DNA from: the human T2T-CHM13v2.0 reference genome, Homo sapiens
Length of the DNA: 64,000 nt
Direction: 5' to 3' (one strand)
NCBI RefSeq assembly: GCF_009914755.1
Contig: NC_060947.1
Notes under the pieces: generated by a model
What the model saw: the letters and a program-made list of their open reading frames with translations, nothing else
Told to the model about the DNA's origin: nothing
Databases searched by the model: none
Translations under genes and position numbers: made by a program
Shown: positions 47,600 through 63,164 of the stretch, piece by piece
How the letters are laid out: each line of letters begins with the position of its first letter
Numbering within the stretch: position 1 is the stretch's first letter

Positions 47600-48730
47600 T
47601 TTATAGGTTATGGTCTACTACTCCACTGAAATTGTTACTTTAAAATTAGTCAAAGCAACCAGAAAACCGAATGGTCTTTTCTCAGACCCCAAGTAAATTT
47701 CAATTCAATCACTGCCTTTGGTCAATGTAGTCACCTCCTTAAAAACTGTTTTTCTTGCTGCTTCTGTGACCAGACACTTTACAGTTTCCTGTGACTTCTC
47801 CTAACACTTCTTTGCTGGCTTCTCTATATCTGCACGTATTTAAATGTGAATTCTCCAAGACTTGGTTTTGGGTTCCTTTTTAACTGTGTATCATATCCTT
47901 TTGCCGTATCATCTGCCCCCATGGCTTAAACTCCATATTGATTACCCCCAAACCATTTTCTTTAGTTGTGGTATCTTGCCTATGATACTTTCTCACTGCT
48001 ACACCTATCAAACACACACTGATTTCCCTCCTCAGATCCAGACATATTTTCCGGAGATTATTGGATATCCCATCAATACATCAAAGACAATATATCCCAA
48101 ATACAAATCACTTCCCCATCATAGTTTTGCTTATTTCTATTTCTAACCATATCCAATGATACCACCATCCTCTCAATTTTTCAGCCCTAAGACATAAGTT
48201 ATTTTCACCTCATTCTTGCCACATCCTTTAATTACATCAATACTGATATCCCTGTTGTCTCTAGATACAAAATGTCAGTTATAATAAACTCTAAAATGGT
48301 TTCTTCACCTATAATCCTCAAATCTTGACAGTTATCCAATTTAGTCTATGTAGTACAACTAGTTATTTTCCTAAACCGTTCTTGTAAGTACTCCAACCAC
48401 AGTTGCCCCCTAGTGCTTTCTTATTCTGTAGATTGTATTTTTGTGTTCTAGCCTTCCACTCCACCAACACCTTTCTTCAAGGCTCTGTTTGAATGAATTC
48501 TTGATTCCCATGTGCCTTGCCATTCCTTTATAACCAACTCCAAAAAAAGTCCCTCCTGATCTTGCGGTCTCTCGGTCATTTGTTCATGTCCCTTAATGAC
48601 ATATTGTCATTATCTGACTTGAAGTTGTTGTAGGTTTCCTCACTACTTTATGAGCCCCTGGCTGAAAGATATTTTTTTTTAATCCCCTACTAAAACTAGC
48701 ATTGTCTATTGCACATAGTGAATGTTCCGT
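47600..48730 (+). mobile_element. L2 fragments
   Basis: ccatggcttaaactcca, tcagatccagacatattt, aatgataccaccatcc, gcacatagtgaatgttc. Confidence 0.55.
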
Positions 48731-49529
48731 GTTTCTTAAATTTGGAGCTGTTGAACAGTTTCAGTTTTCAGCTACATTCACTTTTTGACTGAGTTGTACC
48801 ATAGGTGACACTAATCTGTGCCAAATGGGGCACATTTAAACTACTTACACTATTACTTTAATGTTTTCATTGAACGCAGGAATCTTTGTAGCCTCTAGGT
48901 ACATTTAAACTTTAAGATAAAAATTATATTCTGTCAAATGATTTATAATCAATACCATTGCCAATTAAAATCAAATAATAGACACAGAAGTGCCTCAAAG
49001 CTTCAACTAAGATAGACACAAAGGGGTGCCAGTGGATAAGTGTTATTTCATAATCACAGCTTCCCTTTTCCCTCTAGCAATTATTCTGATGCAGAATCAG
49101 TCTTAAGAGGTTTCTGCAGCTAGATGTAAACAAAGAAGTATCATTACAAAACTCACTTGACTACACTTCTGACACCCTGGTTGGGGAAATGTATATGGAT
49201 TGATATGTCTGACTGACAAGAACTCAAAATTTAAATGATCCCTTGTCCAAGAGCCCTGTGGTTATCATTTAGAATTCATCTGCACAAGTCATTAAGTATA
49301 CTCTTTGGAAAACTATTTTGTTCCGGAAAAATGTAAAGTCAAGAAGCAGGAATGCTAACATTTGAAAAAAGCTTCTTTAATAATGCTATAATTCTGAACT
49401 TTTTGTTTATATTAGAAAATATTTTTTCTTTTAACTCTAGCTATAGTACAATTAGAGATGTTTCAAAATTATTCAGGTAAGTGCTTAATTGGGTCCACGT
49501 AATCTTCTGAAAGTTAGCCCTTTAGAGGT

Positions 49530-50015
49530 TATAGCCAAAAAATCGTGTTTTATCCAGATCCACTAAGATTCCATTAACACTTCTGCGTGCCCACCTCCTT
49601 GGCTTTTGTGGTCTTTGCTTCTCAAAACTTCTGTATCTACATCTCTTTAGATGACTGTCTTCAGGCTAGTAAAGCTGCTTTGCCAACAAAAACAGAGATC
49701 CGGAAGTGCCTTGGTGTTTATGTCACCTTAGGGTAGTCTTAAGGCAATGACTGGTGACTACTGGAATACAAAAGCCCAGCTCCTTCTGTATCAAGTTGCA
49801 ACAAGCTGAAGCATAGTTTAGGCCCAGGTTTTCCTGCAGAACCAGACTGAGGCTGGCACTTTGCCTGCGATTGCTCCTTGCATGATTTCTTCCCCATTCC
49901 TATTCTACTTCTCTTGCTCACCTACTTGCCATCCCTGAGAACATTTCCTTAATTAAACTACTTTCATGCAAATTCTCCTCTCCACATGGGCTTTACCAAA
50001 ACCCAACCTGAAACA
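49530..50015 (+). mobile_element. ERVL solo LTR (LTR16A-like)
   Basis: ccggaagtgcc, caatgactgg...aaaagcccagctcc, 3' end aacccaacctgaaaca. Confidence 0.65.
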
Positions 50016-50077
50016 TAAGCATTCCTCTAATTACAGTAATAAAGGCATCAGATTTCTATTTGAAAATACTAGGAATG

Positions 50078-50483
<406 letters not shown>

Positions 50484-50711
50484 TTACTAAGATAGCATTT
50501 CAGAGCACAGTATGATTTTCTTGTAGCTATACTACAAAACTACAATACTACAGTATCTGTATTACTTTAGAAAATCTCTAAAAAAGTTGTGAATTATACT
50601 GCCAATGGTTTGATTAGATAGAATCTTACTGATTTTTAAATAATATCAAATTTTTCCATCTCTAATCATGAAAAGAGTGGTGAGGTAGGGCAGGATAAAT
50701 CGTAATATTGG

Positions 50712-51068
<357 letters not shown>

Positions 51069-52685
51069 CTAATATTTGTATATTAATATAAACTCCTGAA
51101 TCCCTCATGACATAATATCCATGTGTATCAAGCCTTTTTATTCCTGCATATGTTACCGTTATTCTCCCTATGCCTCTCACAGCCAGAAGGAAAACTGAAA
51201 GTCTACTATCTTCCTTTTGGTAAAAATTTGAAAAGAAGGGCATTCAGGTAGAGATGGCATTTATTAATGCCAGTGACTGCGGCAGACTGTTCTTGGGCCG
51301 CTGGGAAGCCTGTGGTGATAAACAGCATTGGAGGAAGAAAGAGTCACCATTTACATATGGCACATGACTCTCATCACAGCTTGTGTTGCTTATTCACCAG
51401 TTTGACTTTGCCCTTGCCAAAAGGTTAGACAACCTCTGCTATGCCCTCCTCATCCTACTGGCAAATTACCACTTTGTGCCCATTTTATGAAATTATTGAA
51501 TAAAGATCACCATTAATATTTGTCTTTTTTAATACCAGTTATTGACAAGTGATCGTCGTTCATTCAAAAAATATTTATTGAATGACAGTTAAAGAGCCTT
51601 TACTGTATTTTAATTTCCAATAAACATATATGTGTCACATATTTTTAAAAATATGGAGAAGTTCAGCGTTTTTGTTTTGCTTTACTTTGGTAGGTTAATG
51701 CCTGATGTTCATAATCTTTTCCAGTTCAACAGGCTGGGTGAGTGGTATGGTACCATAAAAAGGATGATCAGCTGGAAATCAAGACCTTCAATCTCTACTT
51801 CCATTCCCTCTAACAAACAGCCATGGCATGTTGTCATTTAATTCTGAGAGAGCTTCATTTCCACATCTTCAGAAAGACAGAACAATGCTAGATGTACTTG
51901 CATGTATTCCAATAGTGATTGCCTTTCAGACCTTCCTCTTCTCCCATTTGAATAGACATTAGCCTCATGAGTGACCTCCGCACCTGTACTCTCCCCATAC
52001 ACGATTCTGCATATAGCCACCAAATGTAACTTTCTAATATGCAAAACATAAAAAAAAAACTTCCTGGTTTTTTTGAACACATTCATCTCAATTGAGCAAG
52101 GAATCATCCATCCACATTGTATCCCCAGTCCACCTTTCCCGCATCCTTTTCAATTTTTTGCCAATTGCCCATATCCCAAAACCTCCATTACGGTCATGTC
52201 AAACTACTTACTGGTTCCTGAACTCAATTGGTTTGTGACTTCATACTCCTCAGCATTTTTTTTTTTTTTTTAATCAGCCAATAGGCTGAAAGCTCCAACA
52301 GGGCCAAAAAAAAAAAAAAGCCTTTTTCAGCTTAGTCTTCTTAGCAACTAACTGATTGTCTGCCTATAAAAGATGTTTAATCAATGTTTGGAAGAGATGG
52401 ACTTGAATGGCCTGTTGTACTCTTGTTGGCATGAAAATCCCTTTAAGTTTCTAGTCTATAGTTGATATCAATTTCAACCCCAATACAACCCTAGCCAAGC
52501 AAAATTCGTCTCTTCTTCCTTCTGCTCCCATGCATACCCCCGTGGTAGGACATACTATATAGTCTTGTAATTGCTTTTGATTGCTTTTGAAATACCTATT
52601 TTTCCCATTTATATGCCATCTCTTAACTACAGTGCCAGGTATATGGCAGAATCTCAAAACTGAGTTAAAAAGACTAAGATTTCTG

Positions 52686-52989
<304 letters not shown>

Positions 52990-53799
52990 CTAAGATTTCT
53001 TTCAAACCTGTAATCTGATGATGATTGTATGCAATTCTTTTTAAAAAGCTAAAAATCTTAGATTGAGTTATTTATGAATACAAACAGGTATGAAGCAGAA
53101 ACCACGAAGGCAGCTGGCAAAAAATACCAGAGTAAGTACAGCTAGGAACTGTAGATGCCAGTGTCAGTCTACATCTTTGAACTGTATGAAAGAGCCTATT
53201 GGACACTAAGTATTTATCAAATTCTTTCTCTTTGAAGCTAGTTCTAAAAACAATAGAAACAAAAGGAATTTTAGCTAACTTGCTTTACCTTGGCTACAGA
53301 ATATTTTAAATCTAACATTCCAAATAGTTCTTAAAGTATTCTGAACTGGTTTCTTTCTGTGAAGACAATTATGATTTCTGAGTCTATGAATAATTGTATA
53401 CTTACGCAATGTTAGGACAGTATTATCTGTAAAATGATTTGATGTTCAATATTTCTACTATTAATCTTGGAAAAGTAAAAAATATCTTCTATCAGAGGAA
53501 ATCTAACACTCTCAAAAATAAGTTAAATATGATACAATGGCAGTTCTACAACATCCAGATATTCAATAGCAGGCAGCAATTATTACTTGCCATAATTCAC
53601 ATCTTTGAAAAATTCAAGAGGGCAAACTAATTTTGCCAATGTGAAGGAGCTGTAAGAAAAATTATGCTTTAATGGAAATATAAGATGTTTTTGTTGCCTT
53701 AAGTATTGCTTTTTAATCCTTGAAATTCAGTCAAATACTTAATAATTATTTTCCATATATCTTATTAGACATATTAGCACTCATGCTGGTTAGAGATTT

Positions 53800-54455
53800 T
53801 ATCTTCCTCAGAGCCATACCAACACACCCTTCTAAACCCTACTTTGCAACGCTGAGGCAAAGACTCTGCAAACCGTACTTCTGGCTTTACTGACTGACTC
53901 TCAGAATCTAAAGGTAGGGAGCAATAGAGGGAGACTGCAAGCCTGGAGGAGGGACAAAGGATTTACTCATTCACACTAGCTTCCCATGCACTTACTGTCC
54001 TTATTAGCAGTTCCCTAGACGTGCTTCTTCATGCCTGCAGCAGCACTTTTTAGTAACAAGCTATTCAATTTAGCTTGTGTTTTGTTTTTCAAAAGCTTAG
54101 AGAATCAGCTTCATCGCCCCTGCTGCAGAAATACCAGCACCACCTGGCTGGCAGAGGTCCGGGCCTCAGTCCCATTGGGCCCTTCCTGCTATCCCAGAGA
54201 GGGTAGCACCAGCCACGTAGCAGCCCCCTACTCAGACCTGAGCTCAGCTTTGTAGAGTCCTTCCTCAAGGGTTCTAAGTGTTAGTAATTCTAACCTTTTG
54301 TCTTCCCAGCCCTAGGAGCGGTAGCTACTTTGTGCACTTGCTACCTCTTCTCTTTGTCAATTTTTCAATACCTAGATCCCAATTCCTCTTGTTACATTAT
54401 TTTCTGCTACAGTCACTCAAGTGGTTTCTGTCTGTTAACTGACCCTGGCTGACAC
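53800..54455 (+). mobile_element. Old ERVL-class LTR (LTR41/LTR33-like)
   Basis: gactctgcaaacc...gggagactgcaagcctggaggag...cccagccctagg...tggtttctgt...ccctggctgacaca. Confidence 0.55.
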
Positions 54456-55565
54456 ATCATCCCAAACCCAAAACTTGTCACTATCAAAATGGAAATACAT
54501 TAAGTGTTGGGTCTGTGTTTAATGGGTAAGGATGATTTCTCATTCTTCCAAAGACCACATATTATATTCCACTATTGTTTTCTACTACTTTTATAAAATA
54601 ATGACTAAATATAGATATACTTCAGTACAAGGATATTTGATCTTCTGGACAGCCGTATCCATATGTGCATTCTTTCTGTAGATGGAACTCAGTTGTATTA
54701 GAGTCAAAAACTTTTTTAAAAATTCTAACCATGGACAGTTGAATCAAATCTAGCCCTGTAGTTATTTTTCAAAGTCAACATGAATAGTAAAAAATAAAAT
54801 ATTGTCAAAAATCCACCTGGAAAATTGCTATACCATCCATACTATACACATAATATGGATTAGATTTTAAATACTGCGTAGTCACCTCCTGCACACCAAA
54901 GTTTAGGAAGACATTGAGCTAAACTCAAAGAGCAAAAAGCCAGAGTGTATGCAGCTTTCTTAACATGCAATTCTTCCTGCCTCTAAGGTAAGCCCTAGAT
55001 TGTTTTCTTTACCTGCAGGGCTTTCTGCAGTATGTCTTAATAGTAAAGATAATCCAGCACAGCATTTGTAATATGCTTGTGATCAAGAATGGATGGAAAC
55101 AGGATGGTATAGTCCTAACTTAAGCATGTAAATTAATTGCATCTCATAATGTCAGCCAATCCACACTCTTAGTCATACAGATTAAAGAACCAAAAGGAAC
55201 CCAAGGAAATCAGAAAGGGTAATTCTGCTTAGAAAGTTGCTCTTACATTTCATATACATGGTTGAAGTTTGACCTCAAAAAAAGAAAAATCAATTTCAGG
55301 CACTGAACGGCAATTGTGTAACTTATTTATTAAATTTATAATACAATGAAATCTGAGTTTTCTATTACTCTCATTTCTTATTTGGACACTGGTAATTGCT
55401 TCTTTCTTATGCATTTTTAAAGTATAAATCCTGATACTAGCTGGCACTACCCCAATATTTTTTCCCTTTAACTTTGGAATTTTCCTTTTAAAAAATTGTC
55501 ATTCTAGAGTTAACATGCTACCAGCTTTTCACAAATTAAATTTGTTGTTAGAAAATGGCTTCCAT

Positions 55566-55897
<332 letters not shown>

Positions 55898-56409
55898 TTA
55901 AAAATGTATCCCTTTTCATGATATTCTTAATATTAATGTTCTGTAGATGTTCTATAGAGGCACTTGAAATAAACTCAACATATCTAATAAAGACAGAAAT
56001 GGAAAGGTAAGTACATAGGTTTTCTGGTTTTGATGTACTCTATCCCTTGCCTGTTTTTTCTTGACCAATACATACAATGTTACTTAAACATGCCATCCTC
56101 AATATTCCCAATGTCCCCTATACTAAGACTAGTCTTGACCCCAGACTGAAGGAACTTAAAGTTCCCACTAGGAAATAGTAGGGTGACATAGGAAAGTAAC
56201 TCATCTGAAAAGATTTTCTTTAGTGGTTCAACCTATACAAACATACCACCCAGGGAATACAGCAGGCCCAGTGATAATTCTAGACATATTCAACATAATG
56301 ATTTCCAATCAGGTAGGCAGGAAATGAGGAAAAGCTGTTGAGTGACAGTTAAGTGGCAGGGAAATATATAATTAACCAATCAATTTAACAACAATTAGTT
56401 AAAAGCGGT

Positions 56410-56640
56410 ACCAACAGCTACTTTTATTGAGCCCTTACTATGGGCCAGGCACTTTATATACATCATCTAACTTAATATTCACCAAAAAATTCAGGAAGGC
56501 AATATTTGTCAATATTTTGAATTTTATTTTTTAAACCAATGGAGAGTCTGACAGAAAATTTGAACAAGTTGCACCAAGTCCTAAAACTAACAGATGTTGC
56601 TGGAATTGGAACCAGGACCATGTGCTACAGTAACTTGCTC
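56410..56640 (-). mobile_element. MIR
   Basis: tttattgagcccttactatgggccaggcacttt. Confidence 0.7.
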
Positions 56641-58299
56641 AAGTTTCTACTAAGCTATGCTCCACTCTACGCAACTCTAAGTTTCATCAATACACTGGAA
56701 CTCATTTCATATACTCATTCCCCTTAGTCTATTACCATGAAATACACTAGGTTCAAACTTGCAATAAGAAATCATTAAGGGACTCATCACCTTACAATTC
56801 CAAGTACAGACAAGTGTGGAAATGATCCTACCAAACAAGGAGAAGTGTATCACTGTCGCCTTTACATCTTCTCAGGATGTTAACTTTATCTCCAGCTTAA
56901 TGACAAGCACAAATTCTTGTAGTTCTTAAATTTCAGGCTGTTCTTTAGTTTTATAGTACATATTTAACTGTATTTATACCCATGCCTGAGAAAATGCTGT
57001 GTCTTATAAAGTCATATAATGCTGAAGGTCAAGGAATATGCTCTTGCCAGATTTGTAGGGATCCTAGCCTAGCACCACTCACACGTAATCATTTATTAAA
57101 AATTATTTTTCTGATCATGATGCTAATCTGTTCAGAGTCATAGGCCCATAAAGACAATATTTCCTATGGGTTAAGATGTGCTAATCTCATTAACTGAACA
57201 AACCAGAATGAATTTAATCACAGCAGTCAAGGGAAGCTACCGCATCATTCCAAGACAAATTAGAGATATTGTACCCCTGTGGTGTTATCTTTGATTTCGA
57301 TTAGAGGTTTCAGGCTGCTTCCTATGGCTAGATTCAAAATATTAAGCCTACTAAAGAGAATGAAAGGTAAGTTTATGACTTTGCATCTTGGAACTGCACT
57401 ACTGATAACTGCAAAGCCTAAGGCTTTGAAGAGAAATGACAAAAAAAAGTCAATCATATTTTCATAAATATTAAGCTTCCCAATTGTATATAAATATAAA
57501 GAAAACATGCACATTACTTTTTAAAATGATTCAGGAGATAAACTACTGGTATAAGTGATCATGTTATCACTAAATCTCATGAAAAATATATTAAGCTATA
57601 ACGATTAGCCTGCTTTTAAAAATGTGTATGAAAGTCAGTTATTAAAAGCTAGATGATGTTGTTAAATAAAGAAACTTACAATGTGTTGAAATTTCCCTAT
57701 TGGAGAATTATAAAACAAATAAAATAGTGTTTTTCTGATGCATCACATAAAATGTAGAAGCGAAATTTGAGGGTTTAGAATATTTCAATAAAATATTAAA
57801 TGCCTGGGCAGTCTCCGTAATTGTTTCCCTTGAGGGGGAGAAAAAAAAAAAAAAAAAAAAAACCTTTCCTTTCAGGTAGTAGGCACACAGTTTTACTCAC
57901 CCCTTGTCTCTCCAAATCTAGACTCCAAATATATATTAGTCACAATAAAACTCACATTCTTATTCTGCTTGACTAATTTGTAGTCAAGCTGAATACAATT
58001 CAGTGGAAACTGAATATGAAATAAATTCATCTAATAAAAAGGTACCAATGACTGTATAACAACATATGTAGATAAAAGTGTATCATATATAAAACATTCA
58101 ATCCCACATGGCAGCTTTCCTGGAATATAAAATCATTTTATCATTATGGGTATTAGCTCATGAAGTCAGTATTATTTTAAAAACATGCTAAGAATGTTAG
58201 CTTCAAAATTTAATATCTCAAAAGCAGGATTTTGGTTATACCAAGTGGTTTATAAAATAGAGATATTTATCCATACACAGTTTTATGTGACAGTTTAGG

Positions 58300-59040
<741 letters not shown>

Positions 59041-59077
59041 TTCCATTCAATTGGGAATATTAATAATTGGACCCTTA

Positions 59078-59394
<317 letters not shown>

Positions 59395-59479
59395 TTATCT
59401 GTTATATACAAGAATCGACTCAAAATGGATTAAAGACTTACAGGTAAAACCTGAAACTAAAACTACTAGAAGAAAACAT

Positions 59480-59757
59480 GGACTATGAGAGGTGGCTCAT
59501 GCCTGTAATCCCAGTACTTTGGGAGGTTGAGGCGGGCAGATCATGAGGTCAGGGGTTTGAGACCAGCCTGGCAAACATGGCGAAACCCCGTCTCTACTAA
59601 AAATACAAAAATTAGCCGGTCGTTGTGGTGAGCGCCTGTAGTCCCAGCTACTCAGGAGGCTGAGGCAGGAGAATCACTGGAGCCCGGAAGGTGGAGGTTG
59701 CTGTGAGCCTAGACCGCACCATTGCATTCCAGCCTGGGTGACAAAGCAAGACTGTCT

Positions 59758-59788
<31 letters not shown>
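59480..59788 (+). mobile_element. Alu nested in L1
   Basis: Alu dimer with long A tail; TSD-like aaaacat on both sides. Confidence 0.95.
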
Positions 59789-59789
<1 letters not shown>

Positions 59790-60074
59790 ATCAACTAAAA
59801 GCTTATGACATTGGTCTGGGCAAGGATTTTTTGGATATGAACCCAAGAGCATAGGCAACAAAAATAAAAATAGACAAATGAAGTTGCATCAACCTAAACA
59901 GCTTCTGCACAGCCAAGGAAATAATCCCTTTTCAGGTATATGGTATACAAATATTTTCTCCTGCTCCATGAGTTGTCCCTTCACTCTGATTAATATCCAA
60001 AAATATATAAGAAACCTTAAACTCAATAGCAATACAACAACCCAATTAAATATGGGCAAAGGACCTCAACAGAC

Positions 60075-60378
60075 TTTTTTTTTGAAATAAAAAAGCTTTT
60101 AAAATATGACAAAGTAAAATCACAGTGGCAACTGTGATTAAGGAACTGAATTTTTATTTTTTATTTTTTTTAAGTTCTGGGATACATGTGCAGAACGTGC
60201 AGGCTTCTTACATAGGTATACATGTGCCATGGTGGTTTGCTGCATCTATCAACCCGTCATCTAGGTTTTAAGTCCTGTGTGCATTAGGTATTTGTCCTAA
60301 TGCTCTCCCTCCCCTTGCTCCCTACGCCCCCACCCCCACAGGCTCCGGTCTGTCATGTTCCCCTCCCCGTGTCCATGT
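60075..60378 (-). mobile_element. 5'-truncated L1PA 3' end with an apparent 3' transduction
   Basis: taagttctgggatacatgtgcagaacgtgcagg (antisense L1PA terminus), own tail 60151-60171, extra segment 60084-60150, second poly-T 60075-60083. Confidence 0.8.
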
Positions 60379-61476
60379 CTCAACGAGCATGTCTTAAGGG
60401 AAACAAATGGACAACAGGTATATGACAAAATGCTTATCATTAGTCAGGTAACTGCAAATTAAAACAATATGCTATCACCCCACACCTGTCAGAATGGCTA
60501 TTCTCAAAAAGACAAAGGATAACTAGTGTTGGTGAGAATATGGAAAAGAGGGAAACCTTGGACCCTTAATGGGAACATAAATAGGTACAGCCATTATGGA
60601 AAACAGCAGGAAGTTCTTCAAAAAAAAATAAAAATAGAACTACCATACAATCCAGCAATCTCACTACTGGGTACATACCTAAGGAAATGACATCAGTATA
60701 TCAAGTAGATATCTGCACACCCGTGTTTATTGTGGCAGTATTCACATTAGACAAGATATGGAATCAACCTAAGTAACCATCAACAGATGAACGGATTCAA
60801 AAATGTGGAATATACACACAATGGAACACTATTCAACTTTAATAAGAAAATCCTGTAATTGGGAACAATGTGGTTGAACCTGGAGGATTTTGGAGTTTTC
60901 AAATTCTCAAGTCCAGGCACGGAAAATTATAATTTTTTTTTTTGGAAAAAAATGTGAAATATAGACACTATTTTCTCCGTCTCTGAGCCTAGATACTATT
61001 TTCCTGGACTGGATGGAGAATGTAAAGTAGAAACAAGAGTGTGTTCCTGAGAGGAGGGGATGGTGAAAGAACCGCCACCACAACAGAGAAGGTTGGGGGT
61101 ATCCAGGTGCAGAAGTAATTGGGTCCCATTCCAGAGTCCAGCCCAGGAATGCAACAAGACTCCAAAGTTATGTCAGACCCAGGCAAGAATCGTGAGCATG
61201 TGTCTTAGCAAATGGACATGAGCTAGCCACCCAGTACCCAGGCACTTCAGCAGGATATAGGGTACAGTAGAATAATTTCCCACATGCCTCCAGCAAACAC
61301 AGTGCTCAATGGGTTTTTGGAGGATGAAGAATGACAAGGGAACCACCATGTTTCTTGACCGTACAGAGATATGAAAGGGCCTACAACTTGAGGCCAAGGA
61401 ACAAGGTCCCTATGGGATGAATTGTACATGAAATCAGGTAAGCCACACCCGCCTTCAAATCCTGGCACTGTATCAG

Positions 61477-61902
61477 TGTCAGGACTCTGAGCTAAGCCAT
61501 CATATCCCCTGTGACCTGCCCTTATACATCCAGATGGCCTGAAGCAACTGAAGATCCACAAAAGAGTGAAAATAGCCTTAACTGATGACATTCCACCATT
61601 GTGATTTGTTTCTGCCCCACCCTAACTGATCAATGTACTTTGTAATCTCCCCCACCCTTAAGAAGGTTCTTTGTCATTCTCCCCACCCTTGAGAATGTAC
61701 TTTGTGAGATCCACCCCCTGCTCGCAAAACATCGCTCCTAACTCCACCGCCTATCCCAAAACCTGTAAGAACTAATGATAATCCCACCACCCTTGGCTGA
61801 CTCCTTTTTCAGACTCAGCCCACCTGCACCCAGGTGAAATAAACAGCCTTGTTGCTCACACAAAGCCTGTTTGGTGGTCTCTTCACTCGGAGGGGCGTGA
61901 CA
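61477..61902 (+). mobile_element. Intact solo LTR7-family (HERV-H) LTR, LTR7B-like, antisense to DMD
   Basis: TGTCAGG...CGTGACA termini, 5-bp TSD ATCAG (61472-61476 / 61903-61907), U3 tandem repeats, AATAAA 61838-61843, cacacaaagcctgtttggtggtctcttcac. Confidence 0.93.
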
Positions 61903-62729
61903 ATCAGGTCCCCTCCAGAAATTTAAGACAAAACCCCAGAGAAAGGGGGGGCATCTCAGTCCTAAATTGGCTGAGATGAAATATGCAGGATCTACCGGAA
62001 AGTAGGCTTTATATATAAATTAAGTTCAGATTCAAGAAAAGGCAGTTATTGAGATTCACTGCCATTGCATGTAGATCCTTATGTGGGGATTTCTAAGAAT
62101 CATTGTCCAGCACCTAAACTGCAAAGCAAACCGGTAATAAATCAGACAACAATTAAGAGCCAAGTCATCTTGAGACAAGAGCTCAGGACTCAGAGAAGCA
62201 GCCTGCAAATGTGAAATGGACATTCAGAAGTCAGTGAGTTTCTGAACTAGCAGTGCCCGGTTACGAAGCTGTTGAAGAGCCTTGTGGACTGCTTTATATG
62301 TTCTGGGTAGTTCCATAGGTCCTCGCAGAAAGAGAAAATAAACCTTTCGTTGAAATTAACCTTAGACCTAGATTCTTAAAGGACTCAAACTTTTCGCGGG
62401 GAAGGAAAGGCCAGTCTATTGACAGGAGCTGTAGATATTAAGGCCTGTGGGGGGTGGGGGAGGGGGACTCATTATCTGGGAAAAGCCACACCCTTAATCC
62501 ATCATAAACAGTGATGCCTGGGGCACAGTTGAGACTACACCTTGGAGGAAGAATCTAGGTTTTTCCTATCCAACTCCAAAAGAAACACATTTCAATGGCA
62601 ACTGCTGAAAAACAAGCAAACAAAAAGTACCAGCACCTTTTTGTTTCTTTGGTAAGAAGGCGAAACATCCCAGATTGTCTAAAAAAAAGAAATTCGGGAA
62701 ATCAGAACGTTTTATCATGATCTGGGGTT

Positions 62730-63164
62730 ATGTTGTCCAGTAAGATAGCCACTAGTTATATGTGGCTACTGAGCATTTGAAATGGGACTAGCATAACTGA
62801 GGAAGCCAAATTTTCATTTTGCTTTATTTTTGCTTCAATTTTATTTATATTGAAAACAAACAGTTTTTAATATTCTTCCATTAACCATAACTTCATTGGT
62901 TTGGGAGAACAAGTTTACTTTAACCCATGAAAATATGGCAACTGAATTCAGATGTGCTGTAAATGTAAAATATCCTCCAACCTTAATGATTTAGTACATT
63001 CTTATCACTAACGTAAAATGTCTCATTAAGTCTTTTTTGATTACATGTTGAAATATTTTAGCTAAATAAAACATTAATGTCACCTGTTTATTTTCACTTT
63101 TTAAAGTGGCTACTCAAAAAGTTTAAATTACATATATAGCTTATATTTCTTTTGGACAGCACTG
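62730..63164. mobile_element. MER33/MER3/Charlie1-type hAT DNA transposon remnant
   Basis: Inverted ends tgttgtcca...tggacagcactg; gccactagttatatgtggctactgagcatttgaaatg. Confidence 0.75.

Noticed and set aside
61477-61902. LTR as the Dp412e embryonic promoter itself
   Set aside because: It is an HERV-H-type solo LTR oriented antisense to DMD. As I recall, Dp412e starts in a different retrovirus-like element, which I could not identify in this window.
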